A stretch of DNA of 62,735 nt, the filler included. It is 5 parts of 5 records of this genome, joined end to end, with 100 filler letters (N's around TTAATTAATTAA, not from the genome) between each part and the next. Parts side by side here need not be neighbours in the genome. Positions count along the whole stretch, not along the records: positions 17,673 to 39,893 come from SRR20825006_802; positions 39,994 to 51,080 come from SRR20825006_806; 3 more parts are not named here. One strand, written 5' to 3'. Below are positions 38,600-49,141 of this stretch, piece after piece. The notes below the pieces were generated by a model that searched no databases, had not been told where the DNA came from, and worked only from the letters and a program-made list of their open reading frames with translations. Positions within the stretch are counted from its first letter, which is position 1. Each line of letters starts with the position of its first letter. A program made the translations under genes and the position numbers.

Positions 38600-39775
38600 T
38601 CAACGGCTGAACTCGTCGCCAGATTCTGGCGCCATCTCGTCCATCTCCTCTGGTGCTGGAGGCATCGGCTCTCCGTCAGGCACAGTCTCGATCATGACAG
38701 GGTCTTCGAAGGTTTGCTGCATGCCGGTCATGAAGAACATGCCGCCAGCGACCAGGCCACCCATCATCATGACGACCATGTTTCTCTCCGGTGATGGCGA
38801 GGGGACCTTGAAGGCGAGCTTCTTCTGGGCGGGACCCTGGACCTGGATCGAATCGCGCCAGGCGCCGAACGTGTGGAAGGCCATCGAGGCAGCGATCGCA
38901 GAAGCAGGATCGCTGTCACGCGCGCCGGTGCGAGCGTTGGCGAGCTCTGTTCCGGCAGCAGAGACGGCGCTCTCGTAAGAGGTCTTGATCCCATTGAGCG
39001 CCTCGTCCGAGCCGAGGAACACCGCGTTGATGTCCTTGCTCGCCTGGAAGAAGGCCGCCTCGGGAGCAGGGAATGGCGCGCCCTGTGCTGCTTGCTGGAT
39101 CTCCTCGTCATCGAGCATCACGGCCAGGGACAGACCGAGCTCCGGGGCGTTGGCGAAGAGCGCCGAGAAGCTCGCCATGCGCTCCTTTTGCGACGCGAGC
39201 GTCTTCCCTGCGCCGAGCGCGTCTGCGGCCTCGTCTCCGACCACCATGAGCATCCCCTTTTGATCGGGCAGCGCCATCGTCCAGAAGGTCTCACCGACCT
39301 GATCGCGCGCGGCGGCGCTGTCGAGCTGCTTGAGCGTCAAGCTCCCTGCCGTCTTCGAGGTCTCGGTCGCCTTGAAGGCGACATCTCCGAGCAGCACGAT
39401 CGAGACCTGTTCCTTGGCCACACCGATCACCACGCGATCAGCGCGCGTGAAGTCGACGCCAAATTGATCGATCAACGCCCTGCTCACATCGCGCTCGAGC
39501 GCAGCGAGGTGCTCCTTGCGGCTGTCCTTGTTGTGGTCGACCTCGGGCGGCATCGCCAGCTCGAGCAAACCGAGCGTCTCGCGACCATCGATAACCACGA
39601 GCGCGAGCGCGTCCGCGGGCAAATACTGAGCGTAGGTCTCGAAGCCCTCGAGCGCCAATTTGGGCTTTGGCTTCTCGACGACGGTCTCATCAGCCTTTCC
39701 CTTGCAACCGAGCATCGGCGCGGTGAACGCGACCAGGGTCAAGAGCAACAACATTCGCGCGGTGAAACGATACAT
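38600..39775 (-). CDS. hypothetical lipoprotein
   Basis: PMLG-C lipobox, AAGGA RBS, Met-rich hydrophobic segment near the C-terminus. Confidence 0.7.
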   Translation of the reverse strand: MYRFTARMLLLLTLVAFTAPMLGCKGKADETVVEKPKPKLALEGFETYAQYLPADALALVVIDGRETLGLLELAMPPEVDHNKDSRKEHLAALERDVSRALIDQFGVDFTRADRVVIGVAKEQVSIVLLGDVAFKATETSKTAGSLTLKQLDSAAARDQVGETFWTMALPDQKGMLMVVGDEAADALGAGKTLASQKERMASFSALFANAPELGLSLAVMLDDEEIQQAAQGAPFPAPEAAFFQASKDINAVFLGSDEALNGIKTSYESAVSAAGTELANARTGARDSDPASAIAASMAFHTFGAWRDSIQVQGPAQKKLAFKVPSPSPERNMVVMMMGGLVAGGMFFMTGMQQTFEDPVMIETVPDGEPMPPAPEEMDEMAPESGDEFSR

Positions 39776-39893
39776 GAACCATCCTTATCATTGTGGAAAG
39801 CGGCCTCGTGGCCGAACACTTCTCAGATAGGGCGCCCTTGTATCAAATTGCATGTCGCAGGAAAACCGAGAGCCGGTGAGATTCGAGAGTACT

Positions 39894-39993
39894 NNNNNNN
39901 NNNNNNNNNNNNNNNNNNNNNNNNNNNNNNNNNNNNNTTAATTAATTAANNNNNNNNNNNNNNNNNNNNNNNNNNNNNNNNNNNNNNNNNNNN
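39894..39993. other. artificial contig linker
   Basis: N44-TTAATTAATTAA-N44. Confidence 0.98.
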
Positions 39994-40209
<216 letters not shown>

Positions 40210-40211
40210 TA

Positions 40212-41360
40212 TCAGGGCGGGGATTTCGCCTGCACGCACATGGCCAAGCAGACCAGACCGGCAAAAGAGAGCAAGGCGAATTCCCCACCCCTCCAGTCAT
40301 AGAGCGCCCCGAAGAGAGGCGCTCCGGCAACCTGACCAGCCGCAATCGCCAGGAACCCGGCCCCCAGACCGAATGCGGGCCGGTCCGGAACTACTTCCAC
40401 CCCCCAGACCAGAATGACACCGGTGAGCATGATATAGGCCGCACCGAACAAGGCGGCGGCAGCAAAGGGCAGACCATCGGAGACGCCGGAAAAGAGTAGC
40501 AGAAGCAATGCAAGCGCCAGTGCGGCAAGTGAAACCCTGTGCACAGGGTTGAGGCCGAACCGCTTGATCAGAGGCCCCGCAGCCGCACCGGCGAATCCCG
40601 CCACGCCAATCACGATCCAGGACCTGGCAATCATCCCTTCGTTCAATCCGGCAAGCTCATGTAACAACACTCCCCCAAAGGTCCAGAATGCCGTGCTGCT
40701 CACCCCCATGATGAAGGCAGCCAGAAGAACCGCTCGCAAAGCGGCGGGAAACCGGACAAGAGAAGTGGCTCTATCTGTGTCACACACCGCATTCGCTCCA
40801 CCGGCCATATTACGCATCGCATAGCCAAGCCAGACCGTCACTCCGAGCGCAATCAGCGCAAACACCGCGTAAGCCTCGCGCCAGGCCTCGGCGAACCCGA
40901 GTGCCACCGGCCCGGAAAGGATCACGCCCGCACTGGTGCCGCTGTTGATCAGAGTGTTTGCCGCTCCCTGCCGGGCCAAGGAAATGCTTTGCGATACAGC
41001 CAGAGCCAACGGCGGCGAGGCCAACCCCGTGCTCACCCCGGCGAGGAAAACAGAAGCAGCCAACTGCCCTGCCCCATCGGACCATGCAATCCCCGCCATG
41101 CCTGTCATGGCAACAAGGCCTGCAATCAGCACGGTCCGGCGTGGACCCAACCTGCTGCTCACCAGAGCCGCGAAGGCAATTGCCAGGCAATAGGCAGCGA
41201 AGGCAGCAGAGCTGATCAGTCCCGCCCCGGCCCGGCTCAGACCGAGATCGGCTGTGATAGCGGTAAGAAACAATCCGTAAGCAAAACGTGCCAGACCATA
41301 GGACACAGCAATCAGGGCAAACCCGGCAGCAATGAAGGATATCGTTCCAGAGGGTTTCAT
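40212..41360 (-). CDS. MFS transporter
   Basis: YGLARFAYGLFL, about 12 TM segments; ATGA overlap with the tetR stop codon. Confidence 0.88.
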   Translation of the reverse strand: MKPSGTISFIAAGFALIAVSYGLARFAYGLFLTAITADLGLSRAGAGLISSAAFAAYCLAIAFAALVSSRLGPRRTVLIAGLVAMTGMAGIAWSDGAGQLAASVFLAGVSTGLASPPLALAVSQSISLARQGAANTLINSGTSAGVILSGPVALGFAEAWREAYAVFALIALGVTVWLGYAMRNMAGGANAVCDTDRATSLVRFPAALRAVLLAAFIMGVSSTAFWTFGGVLLHELAGLNEGMIARSWIVIGVAGFAGAAAGPLIKRFGLNPVHRVSLAALALALLLLLFSGVSDGLPFAAAALFGAAYIMLTGVILVWGVEVVPDRPAFGLGAGFLAIAAGQVAGAPLFGALYDWRGGEFALLSFAGLVCLAMCVQAKSPP

Positions 41361-41899
41361 CCCTTCGGGGTCGCCGAGACCAATATCCTTGCCGCATCCC
41401 GAGCCGCCTCGACCATTGTACTGCCCGCGACGGCCACAGCCGCTGTTGCCCCTTCGAAGAGCAGCCAAATCTGGTCCGCCAGGCGCGGATCGGGAGCTCC
41501 AACGGCCATCGCGACCCGTTCGGCGATCAGCACGCGCATACGCTGTTTGTGGATCTGAGCAAAGGCTGCAATTTCCGGATCTTCGGAGAGGTATTCACCG
41601 AGCGCGCGCAGGAACGGGCATCCCGTGCCCTCCTCGTCGCGCACCCAGTCCAGCAAGACATCAAAAATGCCCGTGACCGGATCAGCTCCGTCAACACCGG
41701 CATTCATTGCGGCAAAGAAGCGGTTATCCCGACGTTTCAGAATGGCCAGGGCTAGACCGTTCTTGGAGCCGAAATGCTTGTAGAGGGTGCGGGTCGAGGC
41801 TCCGGCGGGTTCCAGCAAACGGTCGACCCCGGTTGCCCGAAACCCTTCCCGGGCGAACAACTGCTCGGCAGTGGAGAGAATGATGTCGTGTTTGTCCAT
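41357..41899 (-). CDS. TetR/AcrR-family regulator
   Basis: LFAREGFRATGVD..STRTLYKHFGSK; GCPF motif. Confidence 0.92.
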   Translation of the reverse strand: MDKHDIILSTAEQLFAREGFRATGVDRLLEPAGASTRTLYKHFGSKNGLALAILKRRDNRFFAAMNAGVDGADPVTGIFDVLLDWVRDEEGTGCPFLRALGEYLSEDPEIAAFAQIHKQRMRVLIAERVAMAVGAPDPRLADQIWLLFEGATAAVAVAGSTMVEAARDAARILVSATPKG

Positions 41900-41905
41900 G
41901 TCACC

Positions 41906-41931
41906 AAATGTAAAACGATCGTTTTACATTT
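41906..41931. promoter_or_regulatory. TetR operator (perfect 26-bp palindrome)
   Basis: AAATGTAAAACGATCGTTTTACATTT, 6 bp upstream of the tetR ATG. Confidence 0.8.
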
Positions 41932-41960
41932 AGCAATTCCTTTTACTGCCGCTGGGCCCA

Positions 41961-42479
41961 CTACTGGCTGGCCTGACGGTTGATGCCATCATGCCTCGCC
42001 CGGATATCGGCAGGCCATGTACTCTTGATGAAGGACAGTACGGCGATGATTTCCCGGTCGCTGAGCACTCCCTCGTAACCGGGCATGTCGCTTTCGTAAC
42101 CGTCACCGACAATCCGGGCCGGGCCCAGTTTCGTCAGGGCGAAAAGCTGGCCATCGGGGTGATGCCAGGTATGGCCCGATGGGTCATGCGGCGGGGCAGG
42201 CAGACGGCCATCGGGCTTGCGCTGTTTCCAGTTCGCCTGCCCTTCGAGGTTCGCGCCGTGACAGGTCGCGCAGGCCGTTGCATAGATTTCGCGTCCGTCC
42301 GCGACCAATCCGGTATCTCCGGGCCGCAGCCTGATCGTAGAGCTCTTACCGGCTTCAGCCGCGCCCGGAACGATCTTGGCGATCACCGACGGGCGCTCCG
42401 GGTCCAGCATCCTTGAATACCCTGCCAGGCCAAGCAGGATCAGGACCGCGACGCCGGAGACCAGAAAGCGCCAGTTCAC
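41961..42479 (-). CDS. monoheme cytochrome c with PPHD..GHTWHH motif
   Basis: CATCH heme motif, distal DMP, N-terminal TM; GTGA overlap with the cueR stop codon. Confidence 0.85.
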   Translation of the reverse strand: MNWRFLVSGVAVLILLGLAGYSRMLDPERPSVIAKIVPGAAEAGKSSTIRLRPGDTGLVADGREIYATACATCHGANLEGQANWKQRKPDGRLPAPPHDPSGHTWHHPDGQLFALTKLGPARIVGDGYESDMPGYEGVLSDREIIAVLSFIKSTWPADIRARHDGINRQASQ

Positions 42480-42874
42480 GGGCCATCCCCGATGCCAGCG
42501 AGATCGTCGAGAATCGGGCAATCGGGCCGCTCGTCCCCATGACAGGCATGGACCAGGTGCGCCAAAGTCTGGCGCATGCCTTTCAGCTCCCGGATCTTGC
42601 GATCGATCTCGTCCAGATGCGCTTCGGCAATGGCCCGGACATCCGCACTCTCCCGGCCCGTCTCGTCATAAAGCGAAAGCAGCGCCCGGCAGTCCTCGAT
42701 GGAGAAGCCAAGCCCCCGCGCCCGCTGCAGAAAGCGGAGCCGATGCACATCTTCCGTGGAATAGATCCGGTAGCCATTATCCTGCCGGTTCGGCCGGACC
42801 AGACCGATCTCCTCGTAATAGCGGATGGTCTTGGCCGGAAGCCCCGCGCTCTGTTCAACTTCCCTGATCTGCAT
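42476..42874 (-). CDS. cueR: Cu(I)-responsive MerR-family regulator CueR
   Basis: KTIRYYEEIGL, RQDNGYR, metal loop CHGDERPDCPIL. Confidence 0.93.
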   Translation of the reverse strand: MQIREVEQSAGLPAKTIRYYEEIGLVRPNRQDNGYRIYSTEDVHRLRFLQRARGLGFSIEDCRALLSLYDETGRESADVRAIAEAHLDEIDRKIRELKGMRQTLAHLVHACHGDERPDCPILDDLAGIGDGP

Positions 42875-42885
42875 GATCTGCCTCC

Positions 42886-45153
42886 TCAGAGTTTCGCCGA
42901 CCGGAGCCGCAGGGCATTGCTGATCACGGAGACGGAGCTGAGGCTCATCGCCGCCGCCGCCAGCATCGGACTCAAGGTCAGTCCGAACAGCGGATAGAGC
43001 AGCCCCGCCGCCACGGGCACGCCAAGCGCATTATAGACAAAGGCGAAGAACAGGTTCTGGCGGATATTGCGCATGGTCGCCCGGCTCAGGCGCCGGGCCT
43101 TCACCAATCCGCGCACGTCCCCTTTTACCAGTGTCACGGCAGCGCTTTCCTTAGCGATATCCGTGCCATTGCCCATGGCGATACCGATATCGGCCAGCGC
43201 CAGTGCCGGCGCATCGTTGATACCGTCTCCGGCCATCGCAACAATCCGCCCTTCCGCTTTCAAGTCGCGGACCAGATCGGCCTTGTCGGCAGGCATCAGC
43301 CCGCCATGCACTTCGGTGATCCCCAGCTCCGCGCCGATGGCGGCGGCGGCCTTCGGGTTATCGCCCGACGCCATGACGACGCGAATACCGTCCCGGGCAA
43401 GATCGGCCACGGCCTCGGCCGCACCGTCCTTGATCCGGTCCCGCACGGCCAGCAGGCCGATGGCCGCACCGTCATGGGCGACATACAGCAACGTCGCCCC
43501 ACCTTCGGAATAGGACGCCGCAACATCCGTCAGTGCGGATATGTCGACCTTCAACGTCTCCATGAACCGCGCGGACCCGGCGGCGATCTGCTTGCCGTCG
43601 ACCTGTCCGCGTAAGCCAAGTCCGGCTTCCGTTTCGACATCGCTCGCATGCTGTACGGAAAGCTCACGCTCCCTCGCCGCGCGCAGAACGGCGGCAGCCA
43701 GCGGATGTTCGCTGCTGCGCTCCAGAGCGGCGGCAAGCCCGAGAACACGGCTCTCCTCCTGCCCCCCGGCAACGGAGATATCCGTGACTTCCGGATGCCC
43801 TTCGGTCAGGGTGCCGGTCTTGTCGACCACCAGCGTGTCGATCTTCTCAAACCCTTCGATGGCTTCGGCGTCCCGGATCAGAATTCCGGCCGATGCACCG
43901 CGCCCGGCACCGACCATGATCGACATCGGCGTTGCCAGCCCCAGAGCACAGGGGCAGGCAATGATCAGCACGGAGACGGCGGCAACGACACCATGTGCCA
44001 GAGCCGGCTCCGGGCCGAAAAAGGCCCAGATTGCAAAAGCTGCGACGGCGGAGACCAGAACCGCGGGCACGAAATATCCGGCAACGGCATCGGCGATTTT
44101 CTGGACCGGCGCCCGGCTGCGCTGCGCATCCGCGACCATGGCGACAACACGGGACAGCACCGTGTCCTGGCCGACCTTTTCAACTTCCATGACCAGCGTC
44201 GACCGCCCATTCAGCGTTCCGCCGACCAAACTGTCGCCCGCACTCTTGTCCACCGGCAGAGGCTCACCCGTCAGCATGGATTCATCGACAGCGCCGCTGC
44301 CTTCAACCAGACGGCCATCGACCGGGATGCGCTCTCCCGCGCGAATGCGGATACGGTCGCCCGCGCGAATATCGTCGACGGCAACTTCCTCGTCGTCACC
44401 GCCCTCCGTCAAACGGCGGGCCGTCTCCGGCGCCAGACTGAGCAGCGCCTTCAGGGCATCCGATGTCTTCTCGCGCGCGCCGAGTTCCAGAACCTGACCG
44501 AGCGCGACCAGACAAATGATGACGGCCGCGGATTCGAAATACAGGCCGACGCGGCCATCTGCCCCCCGGAAGCCTTCAGGAAACAGGTCCGGCAGCAATA
44601 ACCCGGCGAGACTGTAGAGATACGCCGCCCCGGTGCCGATCGCGATCAATGTGAACATGTTGAAATGGCCGGTGCGCAGCGATGTCCAGCCACGCTGGAA
44701 AAACGGAAAACCGGCCCAAAGCACCACCGGCGTTGCCAGAACGGCCTGCACCCAGGCATTCCACGGGCCGGAGACCAGATCCGCCAGCCCCGGCAGCATT
44801 TCCCCCATGGACAGCACGAAAACCGGCAATGTCAGAACGGCTCCGATCCAGAACCGGCGCCGCATGTCGAGATATTCCGGGTTGGGCGGCGTATCGCGGG
44901 TGATCATCTCTGGCTCGAGCGCCATACCGCACATCGGGCAATTATCCGGCTCCGGGCTCCAGACGCTCGGACACATCGGACAGATATATCCCGGACCGGC
45001 GCCTTCGGGTTTCCCCGTCATCACAGCCTTGCCCGAGCTGGCGCCACCGCCGTCACCGTGACCATGCCCGCAACATGCGCTCGCGGGTTTCTCTACCGCG
45101 CTGTGACAGCAGGATTTCGGCGCCTCGGTTTTTTCTGGTGCGTGGCAGGACAT
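42886..45153 (-). CDS. copA: copper-exporting P1B-1 ATPase
   Basis: Cys/His-rich N-terminus, [39 protein letters not shown]. Confidence 0.92.
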   Translation of the reverse strand: MSCHAPEKTEAPKSCCHSAVEKPASACCGHGHGDGGGASSGKAVMTGKPEGAGPGYICPMCPSVWSPEPDNCPMCGMALEPEMITRDTPPNPEYLDMRRRFWIGAVLTLPVFVLSMGEMLPGLADLVSGPWNAWVQAVLATPVVLWAGFPFFQRGWTSLRTGHFNMFTLIAIGTGAAYLYSLAGLLLPDLFPEGFRGADGRVGLYFESAAVIICLVALGQVLELGAREKTSDALKALLSLAPETARRLTEGGDDEEVAVDDIRAGDRIRIRAGERIPVDGRLVEGSGAVDESMLTGEPLPVDKSAGDSLVGGTLNGRSTLVMEVEKVGQDTVLSRVVAMVADAQRSRAPVQKIADAVAGYFVPAVLVSAVAAFAIWAFFGPEPALAHGVVAAVSVLIIACPCALGLATPMSIMVGAGRGASAGILIRDAEAIEGFEKIDTLVVDKTGTLTEGHPEVTDISVAGGQEESRVLGLAAALERSSEHPLAAAVLRAARERELSVQHASDVETEAGLGLRGQVDGKQIAAGSARFMETLKVDISALTDVAASYSEGGATLLYVAHDGAAIGLLAVRDRIKDGAAEAVADLARDGIRVVMASGDNPKAAAAIGAELGITEVHGGLMPADKADLVRDLKAEGRIVAMAGDGINDAPALALADIGIAMGNGTDIAKESAAVTLVKGDVRGLVKARRLSRATMRNIRQNLFFAFVYNALGVPVAAGLLYPLFGLTLSPMLAAAAMSLSSVSVISNALRLRSAKL

Positions 45154-45203
45154 GATAGCTCCGTCGGATGCTTCTTCAGCCGGGATATCCGGGCTGATAT
45201 CTC

Positions 45204-45234
45204 TGCATAAAGGTTCTAGTCGCTGGAAGGTCAA
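45204..45234 (-). promoter_or_regulatory. CueR-type promoter of copA
   Basis: TTGACC-19 bp (TTCCAGCGACTAGAACCTT)-TATGCA; dyad resembles ACCTTCC-N7-GGAAGGT. Confidence 0.7.
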
Positions 45235-45255
45235 GCATGAACTGATACGGCCTGC

Positions 45256-45687
45256 TCAGCTTCCCAGCAGATGCAGAACCACCTCCCGGCGATGGGGCGC
45301 ACGGCGATGTTCCAGAAGATAGACCGCCTGCCAGGTGCCGAGCAGCATCCGGCCATCCGCCACCGGGACCGGTATCGATGTCTGGGTCAGCATGGTGCGG
45401 ATATGTGCGGGCATATCGTCCGCCCCCTCGATCCCGTGCCGGTAACGGCCCGGGTCTTCCGGTGCGATCCCGGCAAGATAATCCGCCAGATCGGCGCGAA
45501 CATCCGGGTCAGCATTTTCCTGGATCGTCAGGGAAGCCGAAGTGTGACGGACGAAGAAAGTCAGCAATCCCGTGGATATGCCCGTCCCGTTCACCCAGGA
45601 GGAAGCATCCCGCGTCAGATCATAGAAGCCGTGTCCCGCCGTACGAACCGTCAGAATTTCCTGTGCCTGCCGATCCACATGCAACAT
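45256..45687 (-). CDS. YjbQ/UPF0047 family protein
   Basis: HTSASLTIQENADPDV, EGADDMPAHI, LGTWQ. Confidence 0.9.
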   Translation of the reverse strand: MLHVDRQAQEILTVRTAGHGFYDLTRDASSWVNGTGISTGLLTFFVRHTSASLTIQENADPDVRADLADYLAGIAPEDPGRYRHGIEGADDMPAHIRTMLTQTSIPVPVADGRMLLGTWQAVYLLEHRRAPHRREVVLHLLGS

Positions 45688-45762
45688 GGCCGTAGCTCCC
45701 TTATCAAACCATCAAGCCGGAACTATGCTCACGACATTGCAATGGCACAACAAAGGGCGGCC

Positions 45763-46440
45763 ATGACAGGCACAAGCAGCCAGAACAGCGCTCTCCACGA
45801 GGCCGTGATCGAATTGACCCGGCGCGACCCCGATATCGGGGCGCTTTACGAAAAGCTCGGACCGCCACAGTCAAGGCGCGAGCCGCCCGGATTCGCCTCC
45901 CTGATCCGTATCCTCACGGCCCAGCAGGTCTCTCTGGCTTCCGCAAGCGCCATATGGACACGGCTCAACCAGCAGCTCGACGTCACCCCCGCCGCCATTG
46001 CCACCGCGACAGACGAGGATTTCAAGCAGGCCGGTTTCAGCCGCCCGAAGGTCCGCTATGCCCGCGCCCTTGCCGAATACGTGCTGGACGGACGGCTCGA
46101 TCTTGAAAGCCTCCAAAATCTGGATGACGACGCCGTTTTCAAGGCTCTGACACAGGTCCCGGGCATCGGGCGCTGGACCTCGGACATCTATCTTCTGTTC
46201 TGTCTTGGCAGGCTGGATGTCTGGCCCGGCGGCGACCTCGCCATTCAGGAGGCTGTGCGTGCCCTGAAAAAACTGGACGCCCGGCCACGGGAAAAAGACA
46301 CACATCCTATAGCCGAGCCCTGGCGGCCATATCGCGGTGCGGCGGCACAATTGCTCTGGCAGTACTATCGGATGCTGAAATTTGGCGGTAAAACCTCCGG
46401 AATTGGAGTGTTTCCCGTGACAGACGAGGCATCACCCTGA
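45763..46440 (+). CDS. alkA: DNA-3-methyladenine glycosylase II (HhH-GPD)
   Basis: AQQVSLASA, VPGIGRWT, DVWPGGDL, WRPYRG. Confidence 0.85.
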   Translation: MTGTSSQNSALHEAVIELTRRDPDIGALYEKLGPPQSRREPPGFASLIRILTAQQVSLASASAIWTRLNQQLDVTPAAIATATDEDFKQAGFSRPKVRYARALAEYVLDGRLDLESLQNLDDDAVFKALTQVPGIGRWTSDIYLLFCLGRLDVWPGGDLAIQEAVRALKKLDARPREKDTHPIAEPWRPYRGAAAQLLWQYYRMLKFGGKTSGIGVFPVTDEASP

Positions 46441-46626
46441 TATCTTTCGGGAAATTGATATGAAACTAGGGCTCGCAAAGCTCGAAAAACCGATCTCCCT
46501 TCCGCTTACACCGGTCAGGCGGGCATCTCGAAACTGCGGAATGGAGAGTCAGAATGACACAATCCACCATGCTTCTGATATCCAGCGGTAACCGGAATTG
46601 CGCGGCATGGGACGTAAAGTGACGCA

Positions 46627-49119
46627 ATGGGCATAACCAAGCCGGCAGCTCTGGAAAACCACCCGACCGAACTGCTCGGTGCCCTGGAAGAGATTCAGGT
46701 CGGCCTTTGCCATTTCGACCAAAATGGCCGCATCACTTCCTGGAATACTCAGTTTCTAGAGCTCTATCCTGAACTTGGCGGCATGACGCTTGCCGGGCGA
46801 ACGCTCGAAAGCCTGCTGAACGAGCCGGAAATCATCCAGCGCTGGACGACCGACACGCCCTCGGAATTTCCCGAGAAATGGCGCGAGAGACGATTGCAGG
46901 CCCACCGGGAACCGGGGGGCCGCGTGCTGCTGCACGACCGTAAAAACCGCTGGATTGAAATCGCGGAGCTCCGCACCGCCAGCGGTGGCTTGCTCAGTTT
47001 CCATCGGGATATCACCGAAGAAAAGGCCGCCCGCAAGCACGCCGAAGACCAGACCATGCTGCTGCGCGCCACCCTGGACAGCATCGATCAGTCCATCGCC
47101 GTTTTCGATTCGGCACTGATGCTCAGGGTCTGGAACGCCAAACTGGTCGAAATGTTCGAGTTCCCCAAGCATCTGATGCGCATCGGCACGCCGGTCTCCG
47201 AGTTGGTCGATTTCATGATTGCGCGGGGTGATTTTCTGGAAACCGGCCGGGAAGCTGTTCTGGAAGAGGTCGTTGGTTATCTGCGCCTGGAGCGCTCCCT
47301 GACCAGCAACCACCGTCTGGCCTCCGGCCGCATTCTCGAGCATTCCTTTACGCCTATGGCCAATGGCGATGTGATCATGGCCAGCACGGACGTGACCCTG
47401 ACCGAAACAGCCCGTCAGGGGCTGGCCGAAAGCGAAGAGCGCTATGCCCTTTCCGCGGCCGGTTCCAACGACGGATTGTGGGACTGGGACCTTCGGCGGG
47501 AGAGGATTTATCTATCGCCGCGCTGGAAGGAAATGCTTGGACTGGCCGACGAGGAGGTCTCCGACAATCCCGTAGAGTGGTTCAGCCGTATTCATCCGGA
47601 CGATGTTGCCCGCGTCACCACACAGATTGATGCTCATCTGGCCGGAAAAGTTCCTCATTTCGAATGCGAATTCCGGGTTCGCCATGCAGATGGCACCTTT
47701 CTCTGGATGCTGACCCGAGGCCTCGCTGTACGCGGTCCGGATGACTCGGCACACCGTATAGCCGGAAGCCAGACCGACATCACCGGGCGCAAACAAGCCG
47801 AACAGCAGCTTGTGCATGACGCCCTGCACGATGCACTGACCGGACTCGCCAACCGAACCCTGTTCCTCGACCTCGTGCGCAGGGCACTCGCACGTCTGCG
47901 CAAGGATCCCAATGCCCGCTTTGCCGTCGCCTTCCTCGATCTCGACCGGTTCAAGATCGTCAACGAGAGTCTCGGGCATGTTCATGGCGACGATCTGATC
48001 TTTGCCACCGCCCGGCGGTTCGAGAGCACCCTGCGCGACAGCGACACCGTCGCCCGTCTTGGCGGAGACGAGTTCGCCATCCTGCTGGAAGATATCAAGA
48101 CCCCGGAAGAGGCCACCCGGCTGACCGAGGGTCTGCATCAGGCGCTGGACACGCCGTTCCGTCTCGGCGGGAAAGAGATTTTCGTCTCTGCCTCGCTTGG
48201 CATAGCCCATTCCGATCAAGGCTATGAGCGGCCGGAAGACATCCTGCGCGATGCCGAACTCGCGATGTATCAGGCCAAGGAACGCGGTAAAGCCCAGAGT
48301 ATCGCTTTCCAGAATGATATGCGGGTCTGGCCCGTCACTCCGCTCGATCTCGATTCGGATCTCCGCCGCGCCCTCGAACGCAACGAGATGCAGCTCTATT
48401 ATCAACCGATCATCGATATGCGGCGCGGAAAGATCGCCGGCTTCGAGGCCCTGCTCCGCTGGTTCCATGCCGAGCGCGGGGAAATATCGCCCGTGGAATT
48501 CATTCCCGTCGCGGAAGAAACCGGGACGATTTTCTCCCTCAGCCAGTGGGCGCTGCACACCGCCGGGGTTCAGATGGCGATATGGAACGCAGGGCGTCCG
48601 GCAAATGAGCAATTGGAAATCAGCGTCAACCTGTCGGGCCGGCAGTTCGCCCGCCCCGAAGTTGTTTCCGGGATCATCGATTGCCTGGAAGGCGTTGGCC
48701 TGCCCACAACCCAGCTCAAGATCGAGATCACCGAAAGCACATTGATGCAGGATGTCGCACTGTCGACCGAGATGCTGGATCGGCTGAAGGCAGCGAATAT
48801 CAGGATTTGCGTGGACGATTTCGGCACCGGTTACTCGTCCCTCTCCTATCTGCATACCTTCCCGATCGACACCCTGAAGATCGACAAATCCTTTATCGAG
48901 GACATGACCAGCAACTTCCAGAATCTGGAGATCGTGCGCACCATCACGATGCTGGGACAGAATTTACGTCTGGATGTGATCGCGGAAGGCGTCGAGACAA
49001 CAGAGCAGCTTGCCCAATTGCGCGCGCTCGATTGTCATTACGCTCAGGGTTTTCTGTTCTCCAGACCCATGAACGCCGAAAATGCCACGGCGTTTCTAAC
49101 GGAAGACAAGAGTTGGTAG
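46627..49119 (+). CDS. PAS-PAS-PAS-GGDEF-EAL c-di-GMP turnover protein
   Basis: GLWDWD PAS, HDALTGLANR, RLGGDEF, FEALLRW, DDFGTGYSS, IAEGVE. Confidence 0.93.
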   Translation: MGITKPAALENHPTELLGALEEIQVGLCHFDQNGRITSWNTQFLELYPELGGMTLAGRTLESLLNEPEIIQRWTTDTPSEFPEKWRERRLQAHREPGGRVLLHDRKNRWIEIAELRTASGGLLSFHRDITEEKAARKHAEDQTMLLRATLDSIDQSIAVFDSALMLRVWNAKLVEMFEFPKHLMRIGTPVSELVDFMIARGDFLETGREAVLEEVVGYLRLERSLTSNHRLASGRILEHSFTPMANGDVIMASTDVTLTETARQGLAESEERYALSAAGSNDGLWDWDLRRERIYLSPRWKEMLGLADEEVSDNPVEWFSRIHPDDVARVTTQIDAHLAGKVPHFECEFRVRHADGTFLWMLTRGLAVRGPDDSAHRIAGSQTDITGRKQAEQQLVHDALHDALTGLANRTLFLDLVRRALARLRKDPNARFAVAFLDLDRFKIVNESLGHVHGDDLIFATARRFESTLRDSDTVARLGGDEFAILLEDIKTPEEATRLTEGLHQALDTPFRLGGKEIFVSASLGIAHSDQGYERPEDILRDAELAMYQAKERGKAQSIAFQNDMRVWPVTPLDLDSDLRRALERNEMQLYYQPIIDMRRGKIAGFEALLRWFHAERGEISPVEFIPVAEETGTIFSLSQWALHTAGVQMAIWNAGRPANEQLEISVNLSGRQFARPEVVSGIIDCLEGVGLPTTQLKIEITESTLMQDVALSTEMLDRLKAANIRICVDDFGTGYSSLSYLHTFPIDTLKIDKSFIEDMTSNFQNLEIVRTITMLGQNLRLDVIAEGVETTEQLAQLRALDCHYAQGFLFSRPMNAENATAFLTEDKSW

Positions 49120-49141
49120 CACGGTTATCATCGGGTCCGTC

